DNA of 63,673 bases, filler included, from Reticulomyxa filosa (GCA_000512085.1; 16 parts of 16 records of this genome joined end to end with filler, not necessarily neighbours in it), one strand, 5' to 3'; numbered from the whole stretch's first letter, positions 20,915 through 35,054 are shown. Made by a program: numbers and translations. Notes: generated by a model not told the origin, from the sequence alone.

Positions 20915-22800
20915 TTAAACAATACAATCTAATTGTTCGTTGATTTGTTTTTTAAGAGAGTAAGCAATTCCTTTTTTGACTTTGTCATCAAGTTGATAAT
21001 TTTTGATTGCGACATGGTATTGCTCGCCATAGTAAGCCATGAGTTCTTGCCCTGTTGCAATATTGTTGCATGTTACAACAAAAATCCCGGGATAGCCATT
21101 AATTTTCGCACGAACAAATTTGATATTTTCTCGGTGTTTGTCATCCAAGTTTAAATAAGATTTTTCAATATCTTTGCGACAATCATTGATCAGCATAAGG
21201 TCATCAACAGGAACTTGCGACAGCCCATTGCGCTTACGTATTTCACAGCTTTCCAGCGCGTCAATGATTATTTGAATGGCTTTTGGACCAATTTAATTTG
21301 GGTCACATGGAAAAAAAAAAAAAAAGGACATTTGTGTCCCTGGAAAAGAATATCTTCAAAAAAAAAATAAAAAAAAAGGGAAAGATAACTGATGGGATCT
21401 CGGCCAACAGCCAAGGTGGTAGCACAATCGAAAGCGTACAAGTCATGTATTTTTTCATTTCTAGAAAGTGCATACACTTCATACCATTCCGGTTGTAAAT
21501 ATTCGACGCCTTGATATCTACCCAGTACGACATTGGACGGAATATCACATTTGGCCCTCAAACCCTTTTGTCCGTTCAGCGCCGGGATAAAGTGTTCGTG
21601 AATTAGAAAAGGCTCGACAACATTTTCCAAATGTGTCCATTCCCTATTCTTTCTTTCGGTGCCAGCCAATCGCCTGCTTCTTTCGCGTTTTCTTTCCTTC
21701 ATTGGCACGTCATCTGTTTGATTTGCAAAATGTCTTTGTTTTTTTTCCTTTTCCCCCTTTTATAGACCCCCCCTCCTTCTCTCATCTTTCTTTACGTGTT
21801 CCATTTCGTGCCATTTTCGGACTTTAAAAAAAATAATTGTGTGTGTGTTTAACATACATTCCTGAACGTCCAATTTTTACTTTTGGATGGCTGTTGTATT
21901 CTCCATTTTGCTTGACAAACTCTTGTATTGGTTGAAGAAACGCCTCGCGTTCTTCAAACTCGACTTCGATATCCATCTCCTATATTTATTTTTTTTTTGC
22001 ATAATTTTCATTAAAAAAAAAAAAATAATATAATAATAATAATGTTTTGATAACAAACAGACGAAAGGATTGCAAACAAAAAGAACGTGCATGTTCAGTG
22101 ATGTTCCTTTGTGAGAACATTTTTTTTCGAATATTATGTAAGGTTTGGGTTCGTTTCACGTCGTTAAATGCGCACTTGCTTCGTCCTATTCCGCTAATCT
22201 CTGTGCAAATATCATTTTTTTATTAGTTGTTGAAAATAACAAAAAAAAAAAGTGACTTTTTTTTTTATATCTTGATTTAAATAACTTGAAAGTTCATCGA
22301 CATTGGGGCTCATTGGCTCAATCATTGAAACGCAATCATATCGTGGCTGTACACCTCGGCAACATATGTCCAACAATTCGTTAATTATTTCGTCTCGACG
22401 GCTTATTGCACGTTTCAATTTTTCGTTCTGTTTGTTTTTTATGATTGTCAAGGTCTTTTTTTAGCCGTTTCCAATTGCCATACATTTTCTTGTTTATTGC
22501 TCTTATTGCCTTTGTTTCCTCTCTCACCTCTGCTTGTAATTGCTGAATTAAGTCGCTATTCGATGGAGGAACAGAGTTATTTTTATTATCTGTGCGGCAA
22601 ATGGTGTCAGAAAGCATAAATTCTGGAATGTCTTGCAATTGCTTTTCTAAGTACTCGTCAAAACTCTCAGTGCAGCGTGCGATTGCTTGTTGCGCCTGTG
22701 CTTATTGTACAGTCCGTAAACTTTCAGTCTCAAAAAAAGAGATTGAAAAGAAGATACAAATAATACTTGTGATAATTGAGATTCTGTTTCTGAAATCCAT
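20915..22800 (-). CDS. SET-domain protein, multi-exon
   Basis: GQKGLRAKCDIPSNVVLGRYQG, LINDCR and IFVVTCNNIATGQELMAYYGEQY are SET motifs. Upstream exons (22212-22638) look coiled-coil. The start is approximate. Confidence 0.8.
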
Positions 22801-25179
22801 GTATTTGTGTTCATGTGGAGTTGTTTTTTTATGAATGACAGGTTCTTACAGTCAGACTTTTTTCTACTGAGTTTTTGGGAATATAATCCCTACCCGAATT
22901 AATAGATAAAGCAATTTCTCAAATAAACAATGTCAAGGTCTATCAACTGCAGTGATTGGTACTTCATTGCGAAAGTAGCAGTGGTTACATGAGTACTGCA
23001 CAAGAGAATCTCGGGCAATTATCTCGAGTGTTGACTGTCATAGCATAAAATATTGTACTTTATCTTCATTCGATGAGCAAAGGTAACAAAATATCAAAAA
23101 ACTAGACAATTACAATTCTAAAAGATATTTGGATAATTTTCATCCAACAATTTAAATACGGAGAATCGCAGGTAAAAATTAGTGTTGTGTAACAGCTTCT
23201 GCTGAGAAGACTGCTTATTAAATATGGCCCAGTACAAGTATAATAAGAAAATGTATTGCTCTTTAGGATATTTTAAAAATAACTTAATAAAAGAATAAAC
23301 GAAATAGAAGTAAAGAAACAAAAGAAAGTGAAATAAACAAGAGATTTACACTAAATATAAAATATCGTTTATGTTAGCATTTTTTTAATTAAAAATATTA
23401 GAAAATATACTGTAAATTTGTAGGACAAGGATATGTCATATGCTGTCAATGTTCAAGTGAGCACTGAAATCACTTTTTCCACAAAACTTAACAGCTTTAT
23501 TTTTCTTCTAGTTTTTACTTGTTATGTTTTTTTTATTTGTTTAATTAATTTTGCTTTATTAAAAATCTCCCAGAGAATATTACTTTTATTTTATCAGGGC
23601 ATACTGAGTGAAAATTTTGTTGCAGTCAAACTGGATTTTTTACAATAGACCAAACAAAAGGGGGTCATAAAACTTTATCCGAACAGGAAGCTAACTGAAA
23701 AATTTTTTTAGATACAAAAATATTCACATTTTTGTGAATTATGCAGAAAACAAATTACAATGTATGTCAACAAAAAAAGCTAATGACAACTTAAACGCTT
23801 ATTGAAGCAAAAATCAATTTATAAGACACAAGAATTCATTGATTACACGACCAAATTTGGATGCAGTCAAAATGAAATGTTAGACATACAAATAGATCAA
23901 GAATTATTAATAATTTAACAATAATATGTTATGACTATGATATAAAAAATAAAAAAATAATATTATTTTTGCAAACATGACTTTATTTGGTATTTACAAG
24001 CGTGACGAAAGAATTTGTCTCATAAAAGTTAATTCTAAAATTTATTGAATTAAATAAAAACATTGTTAAGAAATTGAAAAACAATTTCATTACTGTTATA
24101 GTTTTGCTTATCTTTGGTTTGGATTGACAAAGTGAACGAAATTGATATACATTTTCATAAATCATTTTTGATCACATCTGAACTTCGTTCATCCCTTTCG
24201 GTTAAAAATTTATTTTTATTTTGTAGAAAAAGCAAAACTTAAATATAAATACTTTTAAAATTTAAATTNNNNNNNNNNNNNNNNNNNNNNNNNNNNNNNN
24301 NNNNNNNNNNNNTTAATTAATTAANNNNNNNNNNNNNNNNNNNNNNNNNNNNNNNNNNNNNNNNNNNNAAATGCCAAAATATTCCAAAAAATTACAAATT
24401 TACATTTTTTTATAGATATTTATGAATTGTGCATCTACGTCTTATTCAAGAAAAAAGGTCTTTTTTTTTTTTTCTTTGGTTGTATCTCTCTTTAGTACCA
24501 GCTCATAATTAGGCGCCAATCGTCTTCTTAGCAAAACACTGGTAGGTCTTTTTTCTTTTTTAAGTTATTTTGCAACTTAAAAAGTGGTTTGTTTGGACAG
24601 TTCGCAAACTCTAAAAAGAATAATAAAAAATATGTCATTTTTGTTTGGATGCTGTGCATCCTTTATCAAGAGAAAAAAAAAAAAAGATTATGGGGTAAGG
24701 CCCCCCGTCTCCGCGAGGAGTACTAATGGTTTGTTATATATTTGTACATTATTTTTTTTTTAAATAATTGACTTGTTTTTTGTCAACAGCCGCAACCCAT
24801 CTGTTCAAAAAAAAAAAACGTATACGTCCAACTCCCAACTCTCAGCAAATAAAAATTTCTGGGTTGAAGCCACCCAGTGGTGCAAAAAAAATGAAATGGT
24901 TTGTTTCTTTTATTTTTTTATTTGTTATTTTTTTTAATCAAATGTTTGTGTGTTGTCAATAGGCATGCCCCCATCAACAATAAATTTTGTTTGCCCCCTC
25001 ACCGTACAAAGAAAAAATGATATATTGTAATTGGAGCTTTTAGCTCAACGACAAAAATATATTTTTGTTTGTTTTTGTTAAAAAAGTATTTCAATTTGTG
25101 ATGTGTGTATATGGTTCAATGACCAAAAATAAAAAATAAAACAAATAAAAACTTTATAATATTTTTTAAATTTTATTTG

Positions 25180-25545
25180 AGATAGTGAAAAATTGTGGGG
25201 AAAAGATAACTGAAGGGAAAAAAGTATTGAAAAAATTAAATGAAAAAAATATATTTAAAAGAAAATTGAAGGGGGAAAATGAATGGGAAAAATAGGGAAA
25301 ATTAATGGAAAAATGGGGAAAAAGAAAATATAAAAAGATTGTAAAAATTTAAAAAAAATGGAAAAAATAAAAAAATGAAGAATGATAAAAAAGAAATGAA
25401 AAAAATAGTTGAAAAATGAAAAAGAAAATAAAATAAAAAAAAGAAGACAATGTGAAAAAAAGAAAAAAGAGTAAAAGATAAAGAAAAAAGAAAAAAAGAA
25501 AAAAAGAAAAAGATGAAAAAATTTAAAAAAAAAAACGTTGAAAAA
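25180..25545. repeat. Strand-asymmetric A/G-rich low-complexity tract
   Basis: Runs such as gaaaaaa, aaatgaaaa and gggaaaa with very few C bases; no credible ORF. Confidence 0.7.
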
Positions 25546-26469
25546 TCCAGGAGCGTAGACTGATCGCTCATATAAATTAATTGTGTACGTGCGTGTTTTC
25601 GCACTTTGGGGTAATTGTTAGTGTGCTGATAAGATAAAGCGCGATACATTTCATTGGTGAATATGATTGCGCGAAACTAAACAAGAAACTGGCAAGCAAG
25701 CACCAAAGAAAACGTCGGAATTTGATATGTCAAACAATGGAAATTCGTCGTTATTGAAATATAGCAACTTGGTGAACACAGAATAATAATCGAAGTTTGT
25801 GGTGTACGTGCGCACATTCGTAGCTTTAGATTTCGAATTTAGATCACTGCATCTGGAATTGTTCCATGTGAAAGTGGCCCAATTCGATGGGACTTGCGCG
25901 AAACTAGTCAATATATCAGGAAGCAAGAGGATTGAGATTGGAAGGATGATGAAGAGAATAAAAGAATTCCGAGTAATATCGCGTTCGATTAGTTAACAAA
26001 GCCAGCCGATTTGTTTATTTTTTTTTTTTAATTCTGGCTATAGAATCATTTTTCGTGTCCAGAAACGCGCAAAGTCGCCGCTCGCAAGTCTAGACCAACT
26101 TCCAGTATCGCGCCAATGAAAAATTCTAAACGAGTGAGGCAATTTCAAGCATTGGCAGCCCGAGGCATCGTAAAGAACGTCTACACTCAACATAGGCGCA
26201 TAAGAGTCTCTGTTGATAATTGTTGGCGCTGCATAGCACCAAAGAGGGTATCGAAATGCAATTGATAGATGCCAACGAACAAGGGACCATCGGCCGTTAT
26301 GAAAAGTGAGCGAATTTTGTGAATGCAAAGATTGAGCACTTATACCAAAACTGGTCGTGTGCGTACGCANNNNNNNNNNNNNNNNNNNNNNNNNNNNNNN
26401 NNNNNNNNNNNNNTTAATTAATTAANNNNNNNNNNNNNNNNNNNNNNNNNNNNNNNNNNNNNNNNNNNN

Positions 26470-26997
26470 TTATTATTATTATTATTATTATTTTGTAATG
26501 GTGAAAATCCTACACACCAAATAGTATGTTCATGTCCATTAAAAATATTTAATGATTTATATGTTTCAATATCCCATATACGAATTGTTTTATCACGAGA
26601 TCCAGAACATAAATATCTACCATTATTAAATGATGAAAATTCAATTCCATAAACACCACTCATATGTTCATTTAATATTTGAAATTGTTGATTATCTTTA
26701 ATATCCCAAAAACGTATTGTTTTATCATATGAAGAAGAACAAATAACATTACGATGATATTTATGATAATGATATGATGAAAATTTTACACAATATACAG
26801 AATCTGAATGTCCATTTAATAATTGAATTTGTTTATCTGTTTCTATATTCCATACACGAACTGTTTTATCATCTGATCCAGAACAAATTAATTGATTATT
26901 ATTAAATATTGAATAATCAATACTAAATATACTATTTGTATGTCCACTAAAAGTCTTGAGTAATTTGGATGATGAACAAAATCGATTAAAATTTAAT

Positions 26998-27029
<32 letters not shown>

Positions 27030-28240
27030 TTCTTTTTAATATTCATCATTATTATTATTATTATTATTATTATTAATTTCTTTTTTCAATTGTTCAAATT
27101 CAGTAATAATATTATCCTATTTTGATATAATTTTTCTATATTTTATTTTATTTTATTTTTAAAAAAAAACACATAAAAAACAATACCATTTGCTTTTTTA
27201 AGATTAAATTATCATTATTTATTTTTAAAATTTCTTCTCTTTCTGATATCATTTTTTCATTTTCCAATTTTAATTTATTAATACTTACATTAAATTGTTC
27301 AATTTGTTTCAATTGTTCATTATTATTATTTTTTACAATTTCTTCTAATTTAATTGTACAATTTTGATTTTGTTCAATTTGCTTTTTGAAATAAATAATA
27401 GTTTGATCCATTTCTAATTTCAAATTTTTTACATTATTTATTAATTCAATTATTTGTTCATCTTTTTTAATTATTTCATTCTATAATAATAAAAATATAT
27501 ATATATATATATATTATATTTTTAAAATAATAATAATAAAATATTTACATTAAGTTGTTGAATTTGTTTATTCTTTTCGTTATCATTTTTTTTAAGCTTT
27601 TCAATTTCTTTTTTACTTTCTAAATTCTTTTCTGTTAATTCTTCCTTTTTTTTTATTTTAATTATAAATTTAATTTTTTATTAAAAAAAAATAACTAAAC
27701 TATTTGTAATTTTTTAATATGTAATTGTGATTGTAATTCTTTAAATAATAACATAATTTGTTGAAATGAAATTAATTTACATGATTTATCTAAATGATCT
27801 TTTATATCCTTTATTTTACATTTATAATCACATTGATTTTTTGAATAATAATCTGTTTCATTTTCTTGTTCTCCTATTTTTATTTCTTGATTTGATTTTC
27901 TTCTTTTTAAATCATATTGTCGAGGACAAATTACTAATAAATCCGATATTTGTTGTCTTATACTTTTATTTTTTGTAAATTCGCAATTTTTATGTTGTTT
28001 AATTGGACATTTTTCATTATTTTGTTTTAAATATATTTGTAAACATTCTTCTCCAACTAAATATGCTTGTTCTGTATTTTCATGTTCTTTACAACGTAAT
28101 TCTATTGCATTATTTGCAATTTGTTTACAAATACAGCAAATTAATGTATTTAATTTCTGTGATTTATTAGTAAGCAAAAGCCAGTCTTTATTATAACAAC
28201 CAAAAGTAGAAAAGGTTTCTTTTTCATCTTCTTCTTCCAT
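26470..28240 (-). CDS. RING + TRAF-type zinc finger + coiled coil + WD40 protein (3' end lost at the contig edge)
   Basis: RING-like LICCICKQIANNAIELRCKEH...GEECLQIYL...CPIKQH and TRAF-like LVICPRQY...CDYKCKIKDIKDHLDKSC. Coiled-coil exons lie at 27120-27650. WD40 repeats at 26470-26960 include LCSGSRDKTIRIWD and GHEHTIWCV. Confidence 0.85.
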
Positions 28241-29113
28241 ATTCAAGAATAACATTCCTTTAATAGGGAAAGAAAAATAAAGCTTTCTGAACTTCAAAAA
28301 GTTGTATTTAAAAAAAAAAAAAAAAAAGGGAGAAGAAGACTGTCCCCTCCGTAAAAAAATAAAACCAGATAATTTTCAAATTTATTATTCTTTTTTCTCA
28401 ATAAAAATGAAGAGAATTAATACATATTATACACAGTTCTTCTTCCAATAATGTGAAATTATATTCGGAAAACAACTATTCTTAAATAAAATATTCATTG
28501 AATGATTTTTATAGTTGAAACAATTTAACTTTCAGGATCATTGTGAAAGTGTGTATTGTTCATCAGATTTAGCTTTTTATTCACGTGGAAGTACTTATCT
28601 GGATTATAGCATAATTAAACTTGCTTAATAGACAAAAAACTTTGAGTTCATACTTTAAGTTGCAGATAAAATCAGCCATTTGTAATATAAAACATTATTC
28701 TTTTCTTGAAAAATATCCAAAAACAAAAAATTAATTGGAAAAAAGGTAAATCAACCTCTTTTGTCGTTCTGAGAATAATGTAAAAGATTAGAAAGGCAAT
28801 TTGATGTTATGAAGCACTAAATAAAAAGTATGATTGATTGATCCTTTTGAATCAATAACAATTTCAAGAACAACTATTAAATCATACATTTTTGTATTTG
28901 CGTTTGTTTTATATTTGATAAAACAAAATAACATTATTGAAAATAAGAAAGGAAATTACTCAATGAATTTTGATTATTGCTCATTCTTATCAACTATAAA
29001 ATCTATTCCATATCTAGAAAACAAAAATTTACGTTCACATTTGTATGGAATATCAATGAAAAAGTGATTATATCTACTTAAAACAACTTTTTGCAAATCA
29101 CAAATGATAAACA

Positions 29114-30080
29114 TTATTTTGAGTTTTTCAAAAAATTTTGAATATTTTGTCGCAAAGCATGATCAGGAAAAAGCTCTACATTTTTATCTGTCATTAAAGA
29201 AGAATAATTTGGAATGTTTTGATATTGATTCATAATTGATGATCGATCATATGTTATTCCATTCAAAGCAATTACAGGATCATTCATAATTGAATTGGAT
29301 AATGGACATAAATACTCTTTTGGAATAGCTTGTTTTGCAACATTTTTATCAGAATCAATCACATTAATTGGATATTTCTTGCAAATTTCATTGAATGAAT
29401 CGTACATTGCACAAGCTTGTAAAAATGTCTCGAAATGAAATATATCCATCAAATCATTTTTTGACATTTTTGATAAAGAAATTCCATCGATTTTTTTTTT
29501 TTTAATGATTTTATTGTATTTATTTATTTTTGATTTTTTACATTCCGAAGTATGTACAATAAAAATTGAAATTTCTTGTGAATTCCATTTACTCCATTTT
29601 TTCTCTAACTCACTCCATTCTTTTTCAATCCAATTTTGATTCTCTTCAATCAATTTTTGTAATTTGTTATTGAATTCATTAAATTCTTTCAACACTTTTT
29701 TATCAAAGGCATAAATTTGATTGACTATAATTAATTTTTGTTCCTTTTGCTGCTTTTGGATTAATATATTTCTTTCAATGGAACAAAGATTGTTATATTG
29801 CTCAATGCATTTTGTATAATTTAAAATTGCTTCATCTACTTGATTTTTCAATTTTATCTTTTCCAAATATTTTTCATAAATTTTTTGTTGTATTGATTTT
29901 TGTTTTTCAATCACTTCTTCAAAATCTTTTGATGCAATATTTACATTCTCCTATGCATTCAAACAAATCAATGTATAAATGAATATACATAAAAATAAAT
30001 ATAAAATCAAACCTTGATAGATAATTGATAAGAAAGTAATGTTTTAATTATGGACGGGATATCATTCATCCGAATCAAAT
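29114..30080 (-). CDS. Coiled coil + SAM-like + U-box E3 ligase (5' end lost at the contig edge)
   Basis: U-box IPKEYLCPLSNSIMNDPVIALNGITYDRSSI...LFPDHALRQNI, preceded by SAM-like WSKWNSQEISIFI...IDGISLSKMSKNDLMDIF. Confidence 0.85.
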
Positions 30081-31056
30081 NNNNNNNNNNNNNNNNNNNN
30101 NNNNNNNNNNNNNNNNNNNNNNNNTTAATTAATTAANNNNNNNNNNNNNNNNNNNNNNNNNNNNNNNNNNNNNNNNNNNNCTGTTGTCAACACACACTAA
30201 TTCTTTTATAAAAAGAAATGTATTTTTCAAACAAATCTTTTTAAAAAATCAGTATTTCAATTAATCAACACCAAAAATTCTGTCGAAGTTTCCCAAAAAT
30301 TGTTTGTCATCGTGAAAAGAGGTAAACAAAAGAAAATATTTTTTTTGCACATTTCTTACTTTGTCACTTGTCTTCTTTTCGCGACGTACATTGCGCGAAA
30401 CACCGCGTCGGTGAAAAATCAAAAGTTATAAAAGAACGAAACTTAATTACAATTTTAGATTGTTCCATTATCAACAAAAAGAAACACAAATTAGGAGAAA
30501 AACTTCTTGAGATTCAAAAAAAAAAACTCAAACTGTCCCCGTTTTTTAATCTATTTCCAAAATGAAGTAATATCATCAGAGATTTATAAAAAGTTTAGTT
30601 TTTGCCACAAATATAAGTTTTTAAACCTTTAAAATGTTTTTTACAAATTGTCGAGCTGGCGATATATTATCTTGATATATTTTAGTTTTTTTTAATACTC
30701 TATCTTCTTTGATTGCTAAAACATCATAGTCCTCTTATCTTTTTCAAGCAATTTTAATAAAAAACATCAAAAAGAGCTACTTGAATAAACAATATGAAAA
30801 AAAATCCCTACTAAATCGTAAATAAGTGTTATTCAGTTTTGAAGAGGAAACTCTTGATCACTTCATGTTGTATAACATTTTATTCCAAACATTAAAACAA
30901 AAAAATTGGTAAACCTATTATTAAAAGGCCAAAGCAAACAACAACAACAACAAAAAATGTGGAAAAAAAATCATCGTAATCTCCAGTGACACTTGCACAA
31001 TTGTGGAAAAAAAAACAGAGTCCTCACAAGCAATCTTTTTGTGGATAATATCTCTT

Positions 31057-31573
31057 TTAAAGTGTTGTGCAGCAGCCACTGGTCTCCTGTTTCACTTGGG
31101 TCGAATTGCCAATATTGACAACAGGTTTAGGATTTATAGGTGTGTGCGATTGCAATCTTTTTTATTTTGGTATGTTTGCAGAAGAGAAAAGATGTAATAT
31201 GTTTGTTGTGCAATTTTTCAAAAAAGAGTCCCCTCCCCTCTCTCCTTCAAACATCCATTTCAATTTGGATATGTTTTAGTCCGTTCATTTGTAATTTTCG
31301 AGATGCAAGGGGTCCTTCCTCTTTTTTTTTTTTTTTTTTTTTAAACCAAGAGAAAAGGATGGAGGGACGAAGAGCAAGAGGGGAGAGAGAAAAATGTTTG
31401 ATTAAAAGTCCCCTCTTTTTTTTTTTTAAATTAAATTAAACAAAAGAAAAGAAGAATAACTTGTTTTTAATTTGAGCTGCCATTGTCAAGAAAGCTTGCT
31501 CTACGTTGGCAGCATTTTTGGCCGAAGTTTCCAAAAATGGAATGTTCAATTCATCAGCAAATGCTTTTGCGGC
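31057..31573 (-). pseudogene. 3' half of a Rab1/Ypt1-like GTPase gene with no recognisable 5' exons
   Basis: Exon 31461-31573 encodes [37 protein letters not shown] (G5 ETSAK, Rab1-type). The last exon ends ...VKQETSGCCTTL*. No GxxxxGKS, WDTAGQE or NKxD was recognised upstream within the same contig. Confidence 0.65.
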
Positions 31574-34500
31574 CTATATTGCCAATATTTTTGTTGTTAC
31601 CCCGTTATTTAGATTTCGAAAAATGATTTGACTGTTAGACGAAAAAAATGACAAATTTATATTGACTTTTCAATGCCATCATCAAGATATGACTCTGCCA
31701 ACATAAGATTTAATATTTATCTGTTTTGTGGGAACTGTCTGAACAAAAAGTTGGAAACAAAATGTATACATATTGTAAGATACATAAAATATTATTCTTT
31801 CAATTTATCTAATTGGTGTTGTCAAGAAACTAAATGGTCACAAAAAGCTTGATTTTTGTATAAACATTCGAATGATTTGCCAAGCAGACAGTCAAAGATT
31901 TTGACATTGAGATCGATGAAAGAGTTTGTATGTATTCAATCAAAGAATCAACAAAAGTTTCAATGATCAGCCTTTTCGTTTTAGTGGAGACTTGACAACG
32001 TTCAATTATAAGCATCTTGAACCAGCTTGTGAAACACAAACGAGCATTCATTTTTCTTGTTTAATTTTTTTTCCGTGTTTTTCCATGGAAAGATTTTTTA
32101 AAGATGCCTTGAAATCATTTCATTTGGATCAAAATTAACACCAATGTTTGATTGTCATTTCAATGTCTTTCAAATATATTACGATTAAGTAGCAACAAAA
32201 TTAACTGTAAATTGTTTTACATCAAATGATTCGGCTATTCCTTCTAACATTAATCTTGTATTAAATAATTCAATATTCTCTTTATTTAATATTGTCCATT
32301 GTCTTTCCAATTCTGTTTTTGTTTTTTTTCCATCAATTGATTTACATTCGTTTTCATATGTGCTGATACAATATATCATGTATTATCAATTACTTCAATG
32401 ATATGTATAAAATTAATATATTCATTTAATATTGCACAGCTTGTTTTAATGAATTGGGTAAAGTATATTGAAATTTCATCCATTTATCTTTAGTAATTGA
32501 ATATTTATGTATTAAATTTGTTAATTACTATCGATCGCAATGTCAATCAAAAATAAGATGAAATCATATTAATAGTTTGATTATATATAATTGACAATAT
32601 TGTTGATTTATTAAATAATAATATTTGTATTTTTTTTATTAATTGATTATTTAATCATTTGTTGGCAAAATAGCACGATTTATTTCCTAAAATTTATCCA
32701 AATTGAATACAATAATATCTTTATGATGATAATTGCACGTGCTACTTTATAATTCTTCAAATACAGTAAGATAAAAAAGAAAGTTGACATCTAAAATGCC
32801 ACCTTATAGAGATGATTTTGTTTCTTCATGAAAAAACAACATTTAATCAAAATTTTTTTTAAATATCATTTTGGTTTTTATTAAGTAATTTACAATTTTT
32901 TCAAAAATTTTAATCTTTCATTTGATTTGGTAAAAAAAGTTGACAATCGTATTTTTCTNNNNNNNNNNNNNNNNNNNNNNNNNNNNNNNNNNNNNNNNNN
33001 NNTTAATTAATTAANNNNNNNNNNNNNNNNNNNNNNNNNNNNNNNNNNNNNNNNNNNNTCTGTCCGAAACCACCGCCACCACTTTGAGACCTACCAATAC
33101 GCAGCTTTGCAACAAATCCCATTTCCATGATTGCCATAATGCCAATGCTCATGCGTCATTGTCAGAGAGACAATGGCAAGATCATCCTCATTCTTCTGAC
33201 CATCTCTTGAACATTCCAAAGTATGTTCGTTTTTTTTTTTTTTTTTTACTATTTCTTCATCTCTTTGTTAGACTGACATTTTCAACCAATCTTTTTCCTC
33301 TTTTTTTTTTTTTTTTTGGACTTGCTTTTGTCACACAGCGCAAGTGACGGGCAAATGCTATCCACTGCCCCATACAATCCACTCACTCCATTAAAATCAC
33401 AATACATTGATAGTGAAAGCTCAAACGTGTGTTGTCAATGGAAGTGTCTCATTTTATAAGCCGGTTCGTTTTTATTGTTTTTTTGTTGTTTGTTTTTTTT
33501 TTTTAATTTTTGATTTTGATCTTGATTTTGGTTTTTTTTCCTTGTTTTGTGTTTTTTTCTCCTTAATCAATCCCATTTTTCAAGTACAAGTGGAGCAACA
33601 TCACCACTTTAAATGAGATAAAAAAAAAAAAGAAACTTGATATATTTTTTATTCAATCAACACCGCAAAAAAGGTGTCTTCTATCTTGTTTATAATGCTT
33701 TTTTGTTTGTTTTGGATTAGACAAAAACGACAATTTTTTTTTTCTTTTTTTTTTTTTTGATTAAAATTTTTGTGATCTTTTTGTTTGTTGGCTGTTTATC
33801 ACACTGTATACTTGAATTGATTGTTGTCGATGAGTTTTTTGCTGAATGATAAATTTTAGAATTTACACGTTTCTCATCAGATAAATGGGTTTTTTTAATA
33901 TATTATTTTATTATTTTCTTTTTTTTTAATACTGGGTACTCTGTCAGCTTTTGGTTTTTTCTGTTAGGACAGTGCTCAAAATTCTTGTGATGTTCGTCTT
34001 TTTCAAAATAAGAGATATGGCGAAAAGTCACATTTTTTTCCCCCTCTTCGATCACTCTTTTCAAATGTCAATGTTTGGTCTTTGGTCATTGTGTGATTCT
34101 TCCTCCTCATCTTTTCTCCGGCCATGAGAGCAGCTGCTTATTGTTGGACGTATTCTTCGCAGAAATCGCTACATGTGTTGAAATCTTTGAGTTTGTAATC
34201 TTTTTTTCTATACGAAAATCGACACAAAATTGTCATTTCATTTTGTACTTTTTTGTCGTCATTTTTTCCCTAAAAATAAATCGCAACTAAGTTAGTTGTA
34301 CAATAAAATGGCAATCTTGTAATTGCCATATTTTCAAAAAATGCAAATAAAATAAGATACTTGATTCTGCCATTGTTTTAGCATTGTTACATTTGTCAAT
34401 GTATTTTCGATTGTTGGTGTTGCAATGCACATTTTTGTTAGCTTTGTTTAGATTAATCTTTCATTGCAATGTGGTCTAGTAATTATCTTGCACGAGCGCT

Positions 34501-35054
34501 GACAAAGTACAAATTATTGTTTTTTTGTGCGTTGATAAGTGCATTTTATTTTGAAGTTTTTATTTCAATATTTCTCAGGCAACACATGTATCGAAAGCCG
34601 AAAGTCACACATATAACAAAAATTTATTTTTTTGGGCGTTGTTCAATGTTTGCCACTGTCTTATAACAAAAAATTTTTTTTTAACCTCTGTCCCCGAAGA
34701 CAACGCATTTCTTATGTTGGCACAATCATTAAGAGGGTATAGTGAGAAATTGGGCGGATTGTGGCACCATGACACAATATTTGCCAATTTATGGTTCAAT
34801 TCCTTATCATGTGTTTGTAACATGTTCCAGATTCTAACAACTTGTGTTGTGTTGGGTGAGTGAAAGTTTTTATGATTGAAAGACTACAAGCCACACAAAA
34901 AAGAGGATAAAACAACATAAAAAAAAAAAAAAATGAAGGTTATTATCACAGTCATACTACCACGCAATATGTCTGGTGGCCGATTTTGGAAAGTGCGCGA
35001 TTGTTTATACTAACGATAGCACGTGTAGATGTAATATTGAAAGAGCCTCAATAT

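Noticed and set aside
25302-25649. Phe-rich membrane-protein-like ORF
   Set aside because: It is the translation of the reverse complement of the A-rich low-complexity tract.
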